Positions 32,951-43,772 are shown, numbered from the stretch's first letter. The stretch: DNA of 64,000 bases from Pseudomonadales bacterium (GCA_022825925.1 JAJDVW010000165.1:479-64478), one strand, 5' to 3'. Made by a program: numbers and translations. Notes: generated by a model from the letters alone, not told the origin.

Positions 32951-35139
32951 CCGCGCGTACGCGCGCGGCGCGACTTCGGAAGGCGACCGCCGCCGCAACC
33001 GCCGGCCTGCTCCTCGCCGCCTGCGGACCTTCCGAACCTCCACCCCGGTCCCTCCCGACCCCGGCAGCCGCCTACGTGGGGAGCGAGGCCTGCGCCGGCT
33101 GCCACGCCGGGGCCTTCGAGCGCTGGACCGGTTCCCACCACGACCTGGCGATGGCCATCCCGAGCCCCGCGACGGTCGTCGGCGACTTCGACGACGCGTC
33201 CTTCACGAAGGACGGCGTCACGACGCGGTTCCATCGCCGGGACGGCGCGTACTTCGTGGACACGGACGGCCCCTCAGGCGCGCTCGAGACCTACCCCGTC
33301 GCCTACACCTTCGGCGTCGCGCCGCTGCAGCAGTACCTGCTCGAGACGGAGCCCGGGCGCTTCCAGGCGCTCGGCGTCGCCTGGGACGCGCGCCCGGCGG
33401 GACGGGAGTGGTTCCACCTCTACCCCGACGAGCGGATCGCCCACGACGATATCCTGCACTGGACGTCCGACTCGCAGAACTGGAACGCGATCTGCGCCGA
33501 CTGCCATTCGACCGACGTGCGCAAGGGCTTCGACGCCGGGACGGGCGCCTTCGCGACCACGTATTCCGAGAGGAACGTGGGCTGCGAAGCGTGTCACGGT
33601 CCCGGTTCGCTGCACGCCGCCGAGCCGGGAACCGCCTACGGCGCCGCGGCGGCCGACATCGAGACGTGCGCGCCGTGCCACAGCCGCCGCGCGCAGCTCG
33701 CCGAGGGGTTCCGGCCGGGCGCCGCCTTCCTCGACCATTACCTGCCGGCCGCCGTCACCCCACCGCTCTACCACGCCGACGGCCAGATCCTGGACGAGGT
33801 CTACGTCTACGGCTCGTTCCTGCAGAGCCGCATGTACCAGGAGGGCGTGACGTGCGGGCACTGCCACGACCCGCACACGGCCGAGCCGTTGCTGGCCGGG
33901 AACGCGCTGTGCACGCAATGCCACTCGGAGACCCCGCGCCCCGACTTCCCGACCCTCACCGCGCGACGCTACGACGACCCCGAGCACCACTTCCACGACG
34001 CCGTCCAGTGTGTCGACTGCCACATGCCGAGCCGCGTGTACATGGGCGTCGACGACCGGCGCGACCACGGCTTCCGCGTGCCGCGCCCGGACCTGACCCT
34101 GCGTTTCGATGTTCCGAACGCGTGCAAGGGCTGCCACGAGGACCGCTCCCCGGCCTGGGCCGCGGACGAGATCGCACGCCGCGCGGGCGGGCCTCCGACC
34201 CCGGGAGCGGCGGACGTACTCGCCCTCGCCACGACGCAACGGTTCGATGCCGAACGGGCCTTGTCCGAGGCCGCCGCCAATCCCGCTCTGCCCGGCCTCG
34301 TGCGCCGCAGCGCCCTGCTCGCCCTCGGCCCCTACGAGTTCGGGTTCTCCCAGGACGCCATCGCGGCGGGCCTCCGCGACGCGGACCCGTTCGTGCGGCT
34401 CGGCGCCCTCGAACACCTGTCGCGTCTGCCCGAAGCACCCCGGCTGGCCGCCCTGCGCCGGCTCATGGGAGATCCCCTGCGCGCGGTGCGGGTCTCCGCG
34501 GCGCCCGCCGCCGCCGCCCTGCTCGCGGGGTCCGTGTCCCCGGCGGACCGGGCGCTCATCGAGGACGCGCTGGAAGAACATCGCGCCGTGCAGGCGCTGA
34601 ATGCCGAGCGTCCCGAGGCGCACACCAACCTGGCGGTCGTCCATGCCGCCCTGGGGGACGATGCCGCCGCCGAAGCCGCCCTTCGCCGCGCGCTCGACAT
34701 CGCCCCCCACTGGATTCCGGCCCTCGTCAACCTGGCGGACCTGTACCGCTCGTCCGGGCGGGATGCGGAGGGCGGCACGTACCTGGCGGAAGCCGCCGGC
34801 GTACGGCCGGCGAGCAGCGAGGCGGCCTACGCGTACGGCCTGTGGCTCATTCGCCAGGGCCAGCCCGCCCGCGCCCTGGAGCAGTTGCGGCGCGCTTACG
34901 AACTCGACCCGGAGCACCTGCGCAACGGCTACGTCTACGCCCTGGCACTCCACAACGCAGGCGAAGGCGCCTCGGCCATCTCCGTCCTCGAGGACAGCCT
35001 CGCGCGGTTCGGCGGACACCGCGTCACCCTCGAAGCGCTCGCGACGATCTCGCGCGACCTGGGCGAAACGGACGCCGCGCGCCGCTACGCCGAACGCCTC
35101 GTCGCCACGTTCGGCACCCGCTACGAGGCGCTCCCGTAG
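32947..35139 (+). CDS. Octaheme c-type cytochrome (cytochrome c554-like) fused to TPR repeats; lipoprotein
   Basis: The GTG overlaps the ppk2 TGA (GTGA). The lipobox is LLLAAC. There are eight CxxCH motifs (CAGCH, CADCH, CEACH, CAPCH, CGHCH, CTQCH, CVDCH, CKGCH). The C-terminal third is TPR-like (A/L/Y-rich 34-residue periodicity). Confidence 0.85.
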   Translation: MTARTRAARLRKATAAATAGLLLAACGPSEPPPRSLPTPAAAYVGSEACAGCHAGAFERWTGSHHDLAMAIPSPATVVGDFDDASFTKDGVTTRFHRRDGAYFVDTDGPSGALETYPVAYTFGVAPLQQYLLETEPGRFQALGVAWDARPAGREWFHLYPDERIAHDDILHWTSDSQNWNAICADCHSTDVRKGFDAGTGAFATTYSERNVGCEACHGPGSLHAAEPGTAYGAAAADIETCAPCHSRRAQLAEGFRPGAAFLDHYLPAAVTPPLYHADGQILDEVYVYGSFLQSRMYQEGVTCGHCHDPHTAEPLLAGNALCTQCHSETPRPDFPTLTARRYDDPEHHFHDAVQCVDCHMPSRVYMGVDDRRDHGFRVPRPDLTLRFDVPNACKGCHEDRSPAWAADEIARRAGGPPTPGAADVLALATTQRFDAERALSEAAANPALPGLVRRSALLALGPYEFGFSQDAIAAGLRDADPFVRLGALEHLSRLPEAPRLAALRRLMGDPLRAVRVSAAPAAAALLAGSVSPADRALIEDALEEHRAVQALNAERPEAHTNLAVVHAALGDDAAAEAALRRALDIAPHWIPALVNLADLYRSSGRDAEGGTYLAEAAGVRPASSEAAYAYGLWLIRQGQPARALEQLRRAYELDPEHLRNGYVYALALHNAGEGASAISVLEDSLARFGGHRVTLEALATISRDLGETDAARRYAERLVATFGTRYEALP

Positions 35140-35179
35140 CTTTTCGCGGTGCTCCCCTCGCGCTGTCGCGCCCGCGCCA

Positions 35180-35205
35180 GACCGGCTGGCCAACCTTGGC
35201 CGGTC
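35180..35205. terminator. GC-rich hairpin between convergent genes
   Basis: GACCGGC...GGCCAA-cc-TTGGCC-GGTC lies between the cytochrome stop (35139) and the esterase stop (35260). Confidence 0.35.
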
Positions 35206-35259
35206 GGGACTCTCGGCCGCTGGCTCGCCGAGCAGGTTCCGTCACGTCAAGCCCCTCCC

Positions 35260-36864
35260 CTATCGACCGAGCGACGCGAAGTACCCGTCCATCGCGTCCA
35301 GCTTCTCCTTGCGCAGACCCGTGACCACCTGCGGAGTCGCCGAGATGTCCAGCACCCGTTCCGCATCCGCGCCGAAGGCCGGCCACTTCGGCAGTCCCTC
35401 CCCGTTCGGGTCCCCGCGCTTCGCGAAGTTGGTCCAGTAGCCGCTCATCAGCCGTGCGACCTCGACATCCCGCGGGCGCGGTTCGAGGGACGCGGTCTCG
35501 TGGAAACCGAGGTGCGGGTTACCGAACGCGTACGCGATCTCGGCCGCATGGAACGCACCCTTGGACGTGCCGTATTCGCCCCCGACATCGGGCGCGTGCG
35601 TGAAGAAGTAGAGCCAGGCCGGGTCGCCGTTCGCGACCTGGGCCCGTCCCCACGCCCGCATCTGCCGCACGAAGTAGCGGTCCGAGAGGATCTCCCCAGC
35701 CGCGCGGTCCGGGCCTTGCGCCGCGTCGGCCGCGTACGCGGCGAGGATGTCCGCCGCCGAGTCGCCCCAGGCGGCCTCCTGGCTCGCACGATAGGTCTCC
35801 TCGTCCACCTCCGGCTGCCCGAGGGCCATCGTCGTCCACTCGTCGGCGTTGGAGCCGAGCATCACCGGCACGCGGTTGTGCCGGCCGGCCGCGACGAGGT
35901 CGGCCATCTGCGCCGGGAACAGGTGACCGTCGACGTACACGCCCGGGCTGCCCGTCGGCGGTTGTTCCGCGACCTTCGCGTAGAGTTCCCCGGCCGGCAT
36001 GGCGCGCAATGCCGCGAGGTCCGCGGCGCCCACGAACTCCGCCATGCCCGCGCCCACGTAATGCCCGGAGCGGCCCGCCGCCGTGTCTTCGGCCAGTCGC
36101 GCATGCGGTTCGAAGCAGCCGCCGGACTGCCCGATGGCGCGGTGGAAGAGGCCGGTGGCGAGCGGTGAGGCATAGAGATAGCAGACGCTCCAGGAACCGG
36201 CCGACTCCCCGAAGATGGTGACGTTGCCCGGATCGCCGCCGAACGCGGTGATATTGTCCCGCACCCACGCGAGGGCGGCGACCTGATCGAGTATCCCGTA
36301 GTTGCCCGACACGCCGTCAGGCGACTCGGCCGACAGCTCCGGATGCGCGAGGAAGCCCAGCTCGCCGAGCCGGTAGTTGATGCTGACCAGCACGACGCCC
36401 CGTTCCGTCAGCGCGGCGCCGTCGTACATCGGCAGGTGGCCGTGGCCGATCCGCAGGCCTCCGCCGTGGATCCACAGCATCACCGGCGCGTCGTCGCCCG
36501 CTATCGCGCGGGTCCAGACGTTCAGGTAGAGGCAGTCCTCGTCCCGGTCGATGGGGCCGCGGCTGTAGAAGCCCTCGACGATCGGCTGCCAGCACGGCGT
36601 GCCGAACGTCACCGCGTCGCGCGTACCTTCCCACGCCGGGGCAGGCTGCGGCACGCGCCAGCGCAGGTCGCCCACCGGCGGCGCCGCGTAGGGGATGCCC
36701 CGGAACGTGCGGACGCCGGCGACGGTCTCGCCGCGTACCGCACCGGCGGCGGTGAGGATCACGTTCGGGTCGGGCGCAGCCTGCGTCTCTTCCGGCGCGG
36801 CCTCCTCCGGCGCGCACCCGCCCAGCAGGGCCAGTCCGGCAGCCATCCAGAGCATCCGCTTCAT
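35260..36864 (-). CDS. Type-B carboxylesterase/lipase (lipoprotein signal)
   Basis: The lipobox is LALLGGC. Motifs: FRGIPYAAPPVGDLRW, EDCLYLNVW and the catalytic FGESAGS. Confidence 0.9.
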   Translation of the reverse strand: MKRMLWMAAGLALLGGCAPEEAAPEETQAAPDPNVILTAAGAVRGETVAGVRTFRGIPYAAPPVGDLRWRVPQPAPAWEGTRDAVTFGTPCWQPIVEGFYSRGPIDRDEDCLYLNVWTRAIAGDDAPVMLWIHGGGLRIGHGHLPMYDGAALTERGVVLVSINYRLGELGFLAHPELSAESPDGVSGNYGILDQVAALAWVRDNITAFGGDPGNVTIFGESAGSWSVCYLYASPLATGLFHRAIGQSGGCFEPHARLAEDTAAGRSGHYVGAGMAEFVGAADLAALRAMPAGELYAKVAEQPPTGSPGVYVDGHLFPAQMADLVAAGRHNRVPVMLGSNADEWTTMALGQPEVDEETYRASQEAAWGDSAADILAAYAADAAQGPDRAAGEILSDRYFVRQMRAWGRAQVANGDPAWLYFFTHAPDVGGEYGTSKGAFHAAEIAYAFGNPHLGFHETASLEPRPRDVEVARLMSGYWTNFAKRGDPNGEGLPKWPAFGADAERVLDISATPQVVTGLRKEKLDAMDGYFASLGR

Positions 36865-37075
36865 GGTCGTCTCCGTGTCAGCTCATCGCCGCGATCATAC
36901 GCGGTCTGCCCGGGTGCCCAAGCGTCTGCGCAGGAGCCTTCAGCCGGGGAAGCTCCCTCGGCCGCCGACGCGCAAGGAAGTGCTGGCGTTCCCCCCTTCG
37001 GCGGATGCGTACTTCCATGCAAGAGCCAGGGGTCGAGCATCGCCACGGACAACCCCCCGCGCGCCCGCCTCGACG

Positions 37076-37846
37076 TTATCCAGGTTCGCGGCCTTCCTTG
37101 CCCGCAAACGCCTGCCCCGCATCGCGGACGGACCCCGCGGCGTCGAGGAGCTGGTTCAGGTGCAGGCCGAGCGTGAGGGACTGGTCGAGGGGCATGGTCT
37201 CGGCGGCGCGGTAGGTCTCGAGGGTCTGTCGCACGGCGGTCGGCGAGAGGGCGACGATGCGGTCCGTGAAGTCGGCGACCGCCTCCGCCAGGCCGTCGCC
37301 GCCGTCGGCAAGCCGGTTCACGAGTCCCGCCTCGTAGAGCCGCCGCGCCGGCACGAGGTCTCCGAACAGCACGAGCTCCAGCCCGATCCGCGGCGGCGCG
37401 AGCCGGGCCAGGATCGGCGTGCATACCGCGGCGGGGAAGCCGTTCTTCATCTCCAGCGCGCCGAACTGCGCACCGCGTTCGGCGACGACGAAATCGCAGC
37501 CCATCGCCAGGGTGAAGCCGCCCGCGACGGCGTAGCCTTCGACCGCCGCGACGGACGGGAACGGCAGCCGGCGTAGCCGGCGGAACACCTCCGTCCACGC
37601 GGAGTGCTGATCCAGGGCGCGCTTCGCGGGCAGGTCCGCGGCTTCCTTCAGGTCACGGCCGGCGCTGAAGCTGCCGCCCGCGCCCCGGATGACGAGGGCC
37701 CGCAAGGCGCGTTCGCCCTCGAGCCCGCGCAGCGCTTCCGCCAGGGCCGACATGGCCGCGCTGTCGAGCGCGTTGCGCCGCTTTCGCCGGTCGATGGTCA
37801 GGGTGACGACGTTGCGGGCGTCGGTGTCCGCGTGAATGTCAGGCAT
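37076..37846 (-). CDS. Enoyl-CoA hydratase/isomerase (crotonase) family protein
   Basis: GGAGGA lies upstream of the ATG. Motifs: LTIDRRKRRNALD, VIRGAGGSFSAGRDLKE, VAAVEGYAVAGGFTLAMGCDF. Confidence 0.9.
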   Translation of the reverse strand: MPDIHADTDARNVVTLTIDRRKRRNALDSAAMSALAEALRGLEGERALRALVIRGAGGSFSAGRDLKEAADLPAKRALDQHSAWTEVFRRLRRLPFPSVAAVEGYAVAGGFTLAMGCDFVVAERGAQFGALEMKNGFPAAVCTPILARLAPPRIGLELVLFGDLVPARRLYEAGLVNRLADGGDGLAEAVADFTDRIVALSPTAVRQTLETYRAAETMPLDQSLTLGLHLNQLLDAAGSVRDAGQAFAGKEGREPG

Positions 37847-37861
37847 CGTTCCTCCAACTTA

Positions 37862-37979
37862 CGAGGGGCAAGCCCCCGCGCGGGCCGCCCTCGCGCTGCG
37901 TCTCCTTGCGAGGGGCAAGCCCCTGCGCGGGCCGCCCTCGCGCTGCCACTACCTGCGAGGGGCGGGCCCCTCGCGCTCC
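37862..37979. repeat. REP-like palindromic unit repeated at 47-bp period (2 full copies plus 1 shortened)
   Basis: cgaggggcaagcccc[c/t]gcgcgggccgccctcgcgctgc occurs at 37862 and 37909. A shortened perfect hairpin, cgaggggc-gg-gcccctcg, is at 37956. Confidence 0.7.
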
Positions 37980-38003
37980 CCGGCTGAGGGCTCCCCGCCG
38001 TCC

Positions 38004-38191
38004 ATGATCATCGACTGCCACGGCCACTATACAGCCGCCCCCGACGCGCTGGGCCGGTACCGCGACGCGCAGCGCGCCGAGCTGGTGAAGGACCCGATGA
38101 CGCAGGGTTCGAAGGCCTGCTCGGCATCTCGGACCAGCAGATCCGGGACCGCCTCGAGCGCGCCCTGGACGCGGCCCGCATACCCGACTGA
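38004..38191 (+). pseudogene. 5' remnant of a LigJ-like amidohydrolase-2 gene (frameshifted and truncated)
   Basis: MIIDCHGHYTAAPDALGRYRDAQRAELVKDP... then continues only after a frame change as [27 protein letters not shown]-stop. Full-length family members are about 340 aa as I recall. Confidence 0.45.
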
Positions 38192-38214
38192 AACACTCGG
38201 GTATTGCGTATAAT
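38180..38214 (+). promoter_or_regulatory. 25-bp perfect-arm palindrome (IscR type-2-like) abutting a TATAAT -10 element upstream of sufB
   Basis: ATACCCGA-N9-TCGGGTAT (38180-38204), then tgcg, then TATAAT (38209-38214). The sufB ATG is at 38221 with no Shine-Dalgarno sequence. Confidence 0.35.
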
Positions 38215-38220
38215 CCCGCC

Positions 38221-39675
38221 ATGAGCGAGCAGAACCAGACCGTCCACGACCGTCTCGCACGCGAGTACAGCGCCGGCTTCGTCACCGAGATCGAGTCCGA
38301 AACGCTGCCCCCCGGACTCGACGAGGACGTCGTGCGCGCCATCTCCGCGAGGAAGGACGAACCGTCCTGGATGACGGACTGGCGGCTCGACGCATTCCGG
38401 CGCTGGCAGACGATGCCGGAACCCAACTGGGCCCACGTCAGTTTCGATCCCATCGACTTCGAGGCGATCTCCTACTTCTCCGCGCCGCGCAACAAGCCGA
38501 AATCGCTGGACGAGGTCGATCCCGAGCTCCTGCGCACCTACGACAAGCTCGGCATCCCGCTGCACGAACGGGAAGCCCTGGCCGGCGTGGAGAAGCCGCA
38601 GATCGCCGTGGACGCCGTGTTCGACAGCGTCTCCATCGCGACCACGTTCAAGGAGCGCCTGCGCGACGCCGGCGTCATCTTCTGCTCCATCGCCGAGGCG
38701 ATGCGGGACCACCCGGAACTCGTCCGCAAGTACCTCGGCACGGTCGTGCCCGTGTCGGACAACTTCTACGCCGCGCTCAACTCCGCCGTGTTCAGCGACG
38801 GTTCGTTCGTCTACGTCCCGAAGCACACGCGCTGCCCGATGGAACTCTCGACGTACTTCCGCATCAACGCGGAGAACACCGGGCAGTTCGAACGCACCCT
38901 CATCGTCGCCGACGAGGGCTCCTACGTCAGCTACCTCGAGGGGTGCACCGCACCGATGCGCGACGAGAACCAGCTCCACGCGGCCGTCGTCGAGCTGGTG
39001 GCCCTCGAGGACGCCGAGATCAAGTACTCCACGGTGCAGAACTGGTACCCCGGAGACGAGCAGGGCCGCGGCGGCATCTACAACTTCGTCACCAAGCGCG
39101 GCGCGTGCGTCGGCGCGCGCTCGAAGATCAGCTGGACCCAGGTCGAGACCGGCTCCGCCATCACCTGGAAGTACCCGAGCGTGGTGCTGCGCGGCGACGA
39201 CTCCATCGGCGAGTTCTACTCCGTGGCGCTCACCCACAACGCCCAGCAGGCCGACACCGGCACGAAGATGCTGCACATCGGCCGCAAGACGAAGAGCACC
39301 ATCGTCTCGAAGGGCATCAGCGCCGGACGCAGCCAGAACGCGTACCGCGGCCGGGTGCGCATGAACCCGGGCGCGACGGGCGCGCGCAACCACACGCGCT
39401 GCGACTCGCTGCTGATCGGCGACGCCTGCGGCGCGCACACGTTCCCCTACATCGAGAGCCGGAACCCGAGCGCCGTGGTCGAGCACGAGGCGACGACGTC
39501 CAAGGTCAGCGACGACCAGCTCTTCCTGTGCGCCCAGCGCGGCATCGATCCCGAGAAGGCCGTGTCCATGATCGTCAACGGGTTCTGCCGCGAGGTGTTC
39601 CGCGAACTGCCGATGGAGTTCGCCGTGGAGGCGGGCAAGCTCCTCGAGGTGAGCCTCGAGGGCGCGGTCGGATAG
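38221..39675 (+). CDS. sufB: Fe-S cluster assembly scaffold SufB
   Basis: Full-length SufB motifs are present ([29 protein letters not shown], ...[16 protein letters not shown]). Confidence 0.95.
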   Translation: MSEQNQTVHDRLAREYSAGFVTEIESETLPPGLDEDVVRAISARKDEPSWMTDWRLDAFRRWQTMPEPNWAHVSFDPIDFEAISYFSAPRNKPKSLDEVDPELLRTYDKLGIPLHEREALAGVEKPQIAVDAVFDSVSIATTFKERLRDAGVIFCSIAEAMRDHPELVRKYLGTVVPVSDNFYAALNSAVFSDGSFVYVPKHTRCPMELSTYFRINAENTGQFERTLIVADEGSYVSYLEGCTAPMRDENQLHAAVVELVALEDAEIKYSTVQNWYPGDEQGRGGIYNFVTKRGACVGARSKISWTQVETGSAITWKYPSVVLRGDDSIGEFYSVALTHNAQQADTGTKMLHIGRKTKSTIVSKGISAGRSQNAYRGRVRMNPGATGARNHTRCDSLLIGDACGAHTFPYIESRNPSAVVEHEATTSKVSDDQLFLCAQRGIDPEKAVSMIVNGFCREVFRELPMEFAVEAGKLLEVSLEGAVG

Positions 39676-39685
39676 CGCGGCCGCC

Positions 39686-40461
<776 letters not shown>

Positions 40462-40465
<4 letters not shown>

Positions 40466-41586
40466 CTCCGGCGGAGACGTTCGCCGAACGTACCCACGCC
40501 CTGCCCGCGGAGTACGCCCCCTGGCTGGACCGGGAAGCCAGCCGCCGCGCCCTCGCCGAACACGGCCTGCCGGAGCCGCGCTGCGAGGCATGGCGTTACT
40601 CCAACCCGAACCGCTGGTACCAGGCGCAGCCGCGCCCCTCCCCTTCGGCCGGCGCATCGCCGCGCGCGGTCGGCGCGCGGCTGGTGGATTTCGCCGCGGC
40701 CGACGACGCGGCCCGGGCGTTGGTCCGGGAACACCTGCACACTGCGGCGGACCGCGCGAAGCACCCCCTCGCGACCGTCAACGACATCGCGATGCGCCTC
40801 GGTCTGCTCGTACACGTACCCGTCTCGGACACGCCCGCCGAGATCGAACTCGGCGAACTCGGCGGCGGGATCGAGCGCGTCCTGGTCGTGGTGGACCCAA
40901 ACGCTTCCGGGACCCTCGTCGAACGTCCCGCCACGCCGACGCACCGGGTCGTGGAGTGCGTCCTCGGGGACGGCGCGCAACTCGATCACGTCCGCCTGCA
41001 ACCGCCCGCGGAATCCGTCGAGTACCACCTGGTGGCGGCCCGGCTCGGCGCGGCGTCCCGCTACCGCCTGGCGCAGTACAGCCAGGGCGCGAGTCTGCGG
41101 CGCAACGACCTGCACGTCTCCGTCGCCGGCCGCGGCGGCGAAGCGGAAGTCCGCTGCGGCTACCGGCTCACCGCGGGAACGCACCTCGACACCCAGGTCG
41201 GCGTCGAGCACGAGGCGACCGACGGCGTCAGCCGGCAGACGGCCCGCGGCGTGGTCGGCGAGCGCGCGAGGGCGGTGCTGAACGGCCGTATCCACGTCGC
41301 TCCCGGCGCGCAGCGCACCGATGCCGCGCTTACCACGAAGAGCCTGCTGCTGGCGCCGACCGCGCAACTGAACGCCAAGCCCGAACTCACCATCTACGCC
41401 GACGACGTGCGATGCGCCCACGGCGCGACGGTCGGGGAACTCGACGCCGAGGCGCTCTTCTACCTGCGTTCGCGCGGGGTCGCGCAGGCGGCTGCCCGCG
41501 AACTCCTGATCGGCGGTTTCCTGGCGGAAGCCGTCGCCGATGTCGCGGGCGACGACGCCCGGGCCCTGCTCGGGATCGGGCGATGA
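40462..41586 (+). CDS. sufD: Fe-S cluster assembly protein SufD
   Basis: The start overlaps the sufC stop (ATGA). The C-terminal motif is PELTIYADDVRCAHGATVGELDAEALFYLRSRG. Confidence 0.9.
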
Positions 41587-42824
41587 ACCGCCCCTCCAGC
41601 ACGGCGCCCGCCGCACCCGCCGACATCGCCGGGCTGCGTGCGGACTTCCCGCTGATCCAGGACCGGGACGACATCGTCTACCTCGACAACGCCGCGACGA
41701 CGCAGAAGCCGCGCGCCGTGCTCGACGCCGTACGCGCGTACTACGAGACCACCAACGCCAACGTCCACCGCGGCGTCCACCAGTTGTCCGACGCCGCGAC
41801 CGACGCCTTCGAGGGCGCCCGCGCGCGGGTCGCCCGTCGTATCAACGCGGCAGCGCCGAGCGAGATCGTCTGGACCCGGGGCACGACGGAGGCCATCAAC
41901 CTGGTCGCCCGGTCCCATGGCGGTTCGGTGCTGCGTCCGGGCGACCGCGTGCTGGTCACAGAACTCGAGCACCACTCGAACATCGTCCCGTGGCAGATGG
42001 CCTGCGAACGGGCCGGGGCGACGCTCGCGGCGGCGGCGGTCACGCCCGAAGGCACCCTGGACCTCGAGGACTTCGAGGCGCAGCTCGGCCGCGGAGACGT
42101 CCGCATCGCCGCGTTCGGGCACGTGTCGAACGCGCTCGGGACCGTGCACCCCGTCGCGGAACTCGTCACGCTGGCGCGGGCCGCCGGGGCGACCACGCTG
42201 GTCGACGGCGCCCAGGCCATGGCGCACTACCCCGTGGACGTGCGCGCCCTCGACTGCGATTTCTACGCCTTCTCGGGCCACAAGATGTACGCGCCGACGG
42301 GCATCGGCGTGCTGTACGGCCGGGAAGCGCTCCTCGAAGCCATGCCGCCCTGGCAGGGGGGCGGGGAGATGATCGAGGAGGTCACCATCGAGGCCACCAC
42401 GTACGCCGGCCTGCCGTTCAGGTTCGAGGCCGGCACGCCGAACATCGCCGGCGCGATCGGCCTCGCGGCGGCCATCGACTACCTCGAGGCCCTGGACCCG
42501 GACGCCGTCGGCGGTCACGAGGGGGAACTCCTCCACCGCGCAACCGCCGGGCTCCAGCAGGTGGAAGGCGTGCGGATCGTCGGGACCGCTCCCGACAAGG
42601 GCCCGCTGGTGTCCTTCCTGATGGACGGCGCGCACCCGCACGACCTCGGCACCCTCCTCGACCGACAGGGCATCGCCGTGCGGACGGGCCACCACTGCGC
42701 CATGCCGCTGATGCAGCGCCTCGGCATCCCCGGCACGGTGCGCGCGTCGTTCGCGCTGTATAATTCCACCGAGGACGTCGAGCGGCTCGTCGCGGGCGTC
42801 CACAAGGCCCGATCCTTCCTCTGA
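41583..42824 (+). CDS. sufS: Cysteine desulfurase SufS (group II)
   Basis: The start overlaps the sufD stop (ATGA). Motifs: YLDNAATTQKP, the PLP lysine in FSGHKMYAPTGIGVLYG, and the active-site RTGHHCAMPL. Confidence 0.95.
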   Translation: MNRPSSTAPAAPADIAGLRADFPLIQDRDDIVYLDNAATTQKPRAVLDAVRAYYETTNANVHRGVHQLSDAATDAFEGARARVARRINAAAPSEIVWTRGTTEAINLVARSHGGSVLRPGDRVLVTELEHHSNIVPWQMACERAGATLAAAAVTPEGTLDLEDFEAQLGRGDVRIAAFGHVSNALGTVHPVAELVTLARAAGATTLVDGAQAMAHYPVDVRALDCDFYAFSGHKMYAPTGIGVLYGREALLEAMPPWQGGGEMIEEVTIEATTYAGLPFRFEAGTPNIAGAIGLAAAIDYLEALDPDAVGGHEGELLHRATAGLQQVEGVRIVGTAPDKGPLVSFLMDGAHPHDLGTLLDRQGIAVRTGHHCAMPLMQRLGIPGTVRASFALYNSTEDVERLVAGVHKARSFL

Positions 42825-42847
42825 GCCGGGCCCGAGAGTCGAGAAAC

Positions 42848-43201
42848 ATGCAAGCGCATCAATACGATCCCGAGAGCATCAGCATCACGCCAGCGGCGCT
42901 CAAGCACGTCCGGCGGCAGCTCCGCCAGGAGGGCGCGGAGGCGCTCGTGCTCGCGGTCACCGAGAGCGGCTGCAACGGATACATGTACGAACTCGCGTTC
43001 GCCGACGCCGAACTGCCCGACACCCGTTCCTTCCGCTTCGGCGCGGACGTGCGGGTCGAGGTGGCCGAGGACCACTGGCCGCTGGTCCGCGGGACCGAGA
43101 TCGACTACGTCGTCGAAGGGCTGAACTCCGCCCTGAAGTTCAACAACCCCAACGCCGACGCCATGTGCGGCTGCGGCGAGAGCTTCTCGATCCGGGACTG
43201 A
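42848..43201 (+). CDS. sufA: A-type Fe-S carrier (SufA/IscA family)
   Basis: It has ESGCNGYMYEL and the C-terminal CGCGESF Cys triad. Confidence 0.9.
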   Translation: MQAHQYDPESISITPAALKHVRRQLRQEGAEALVLAVTESGCNGYMYELAFADAELPDTRSFRFGADVRVEVAEDHWPLVRGTEIDYVVEGLNSALKFNNPNADAMCGCGESFSIRD

Positions 43202-43224
43202 ATCCGCCCCGCGCGGCCCAAGCC

Positions 43225-43749
43225 ATGGAACGTCGCCTGGTCCCCGTCGCACGCCCGGTCAGCGCCCGGCTCGTGCCGACCGGCGAGCCCATCGACATCG
43301 AGGCCGGGAAGTTCGTGACCCTGACCCAGGCCCTCGGCGGCACCTACACCGTCGTGGTCGACGGCAACATGGCGCGCATCGAGGGCGAGGACGCGGACGC
43401 CCTCGGGTTTGAACCGGAGACCCTCGAGTTCGAGCCCCCGGCGGACGGCGCGCCGAGCTTCTCGCAGGTACGCGAGGCGCTGGCTTCCGTTCACGACCCC
43501 GAGATCCCGGTGAACATCGTCGATCTCGGGCTCGTCTACGGATTCGAACTCGAGGGGGACGCCGTCCACATCGAGATGACCCTCACGGCGCCAGGCTGCG
43601 GCATGGGGCCCGTCCTCGTCGACGACGTGAAGCGTCGCGTCGGCCGCGTCCCCTTCGTCTCCGACGTGGTGGTCGACCTGGTGTTCGATCCGCCCTGGTC
43701 GCGCGACATGATGACCGAGGAAGCGCAGCTCTCCCTCGGCCTGTTCTGA
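43225..43749 (+). CDS. sufT: SufT-like Fe-S assembly protein (DUF59/MIP18 domain)
   Basis: VHDPEIPVNIVDLGLVYG...TLTAPGCGMGP is the DUF59 core. Its size of about 174 aa and its position in the suf operon match SufT. Confidence 0.8.
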   Translation: MERRLVPVARPVSARLVPTGEPIDIEAGKFVTLTQALGGTYTVVVDGNMARIEGEDADALGFEPETLEFEPPADGAPSFSQVREALASVHDPEIPVNIVDLGLVYGFELEGDAVHIEMTLTAPGCGMGPVLVDDVKRRVGRVPFVSDVVVDLVFDPPWSRDMMTEEAQLSLGLF

Positions 43750-43772
43750 GGGGCCGAACAGGGCCGTCGGCA

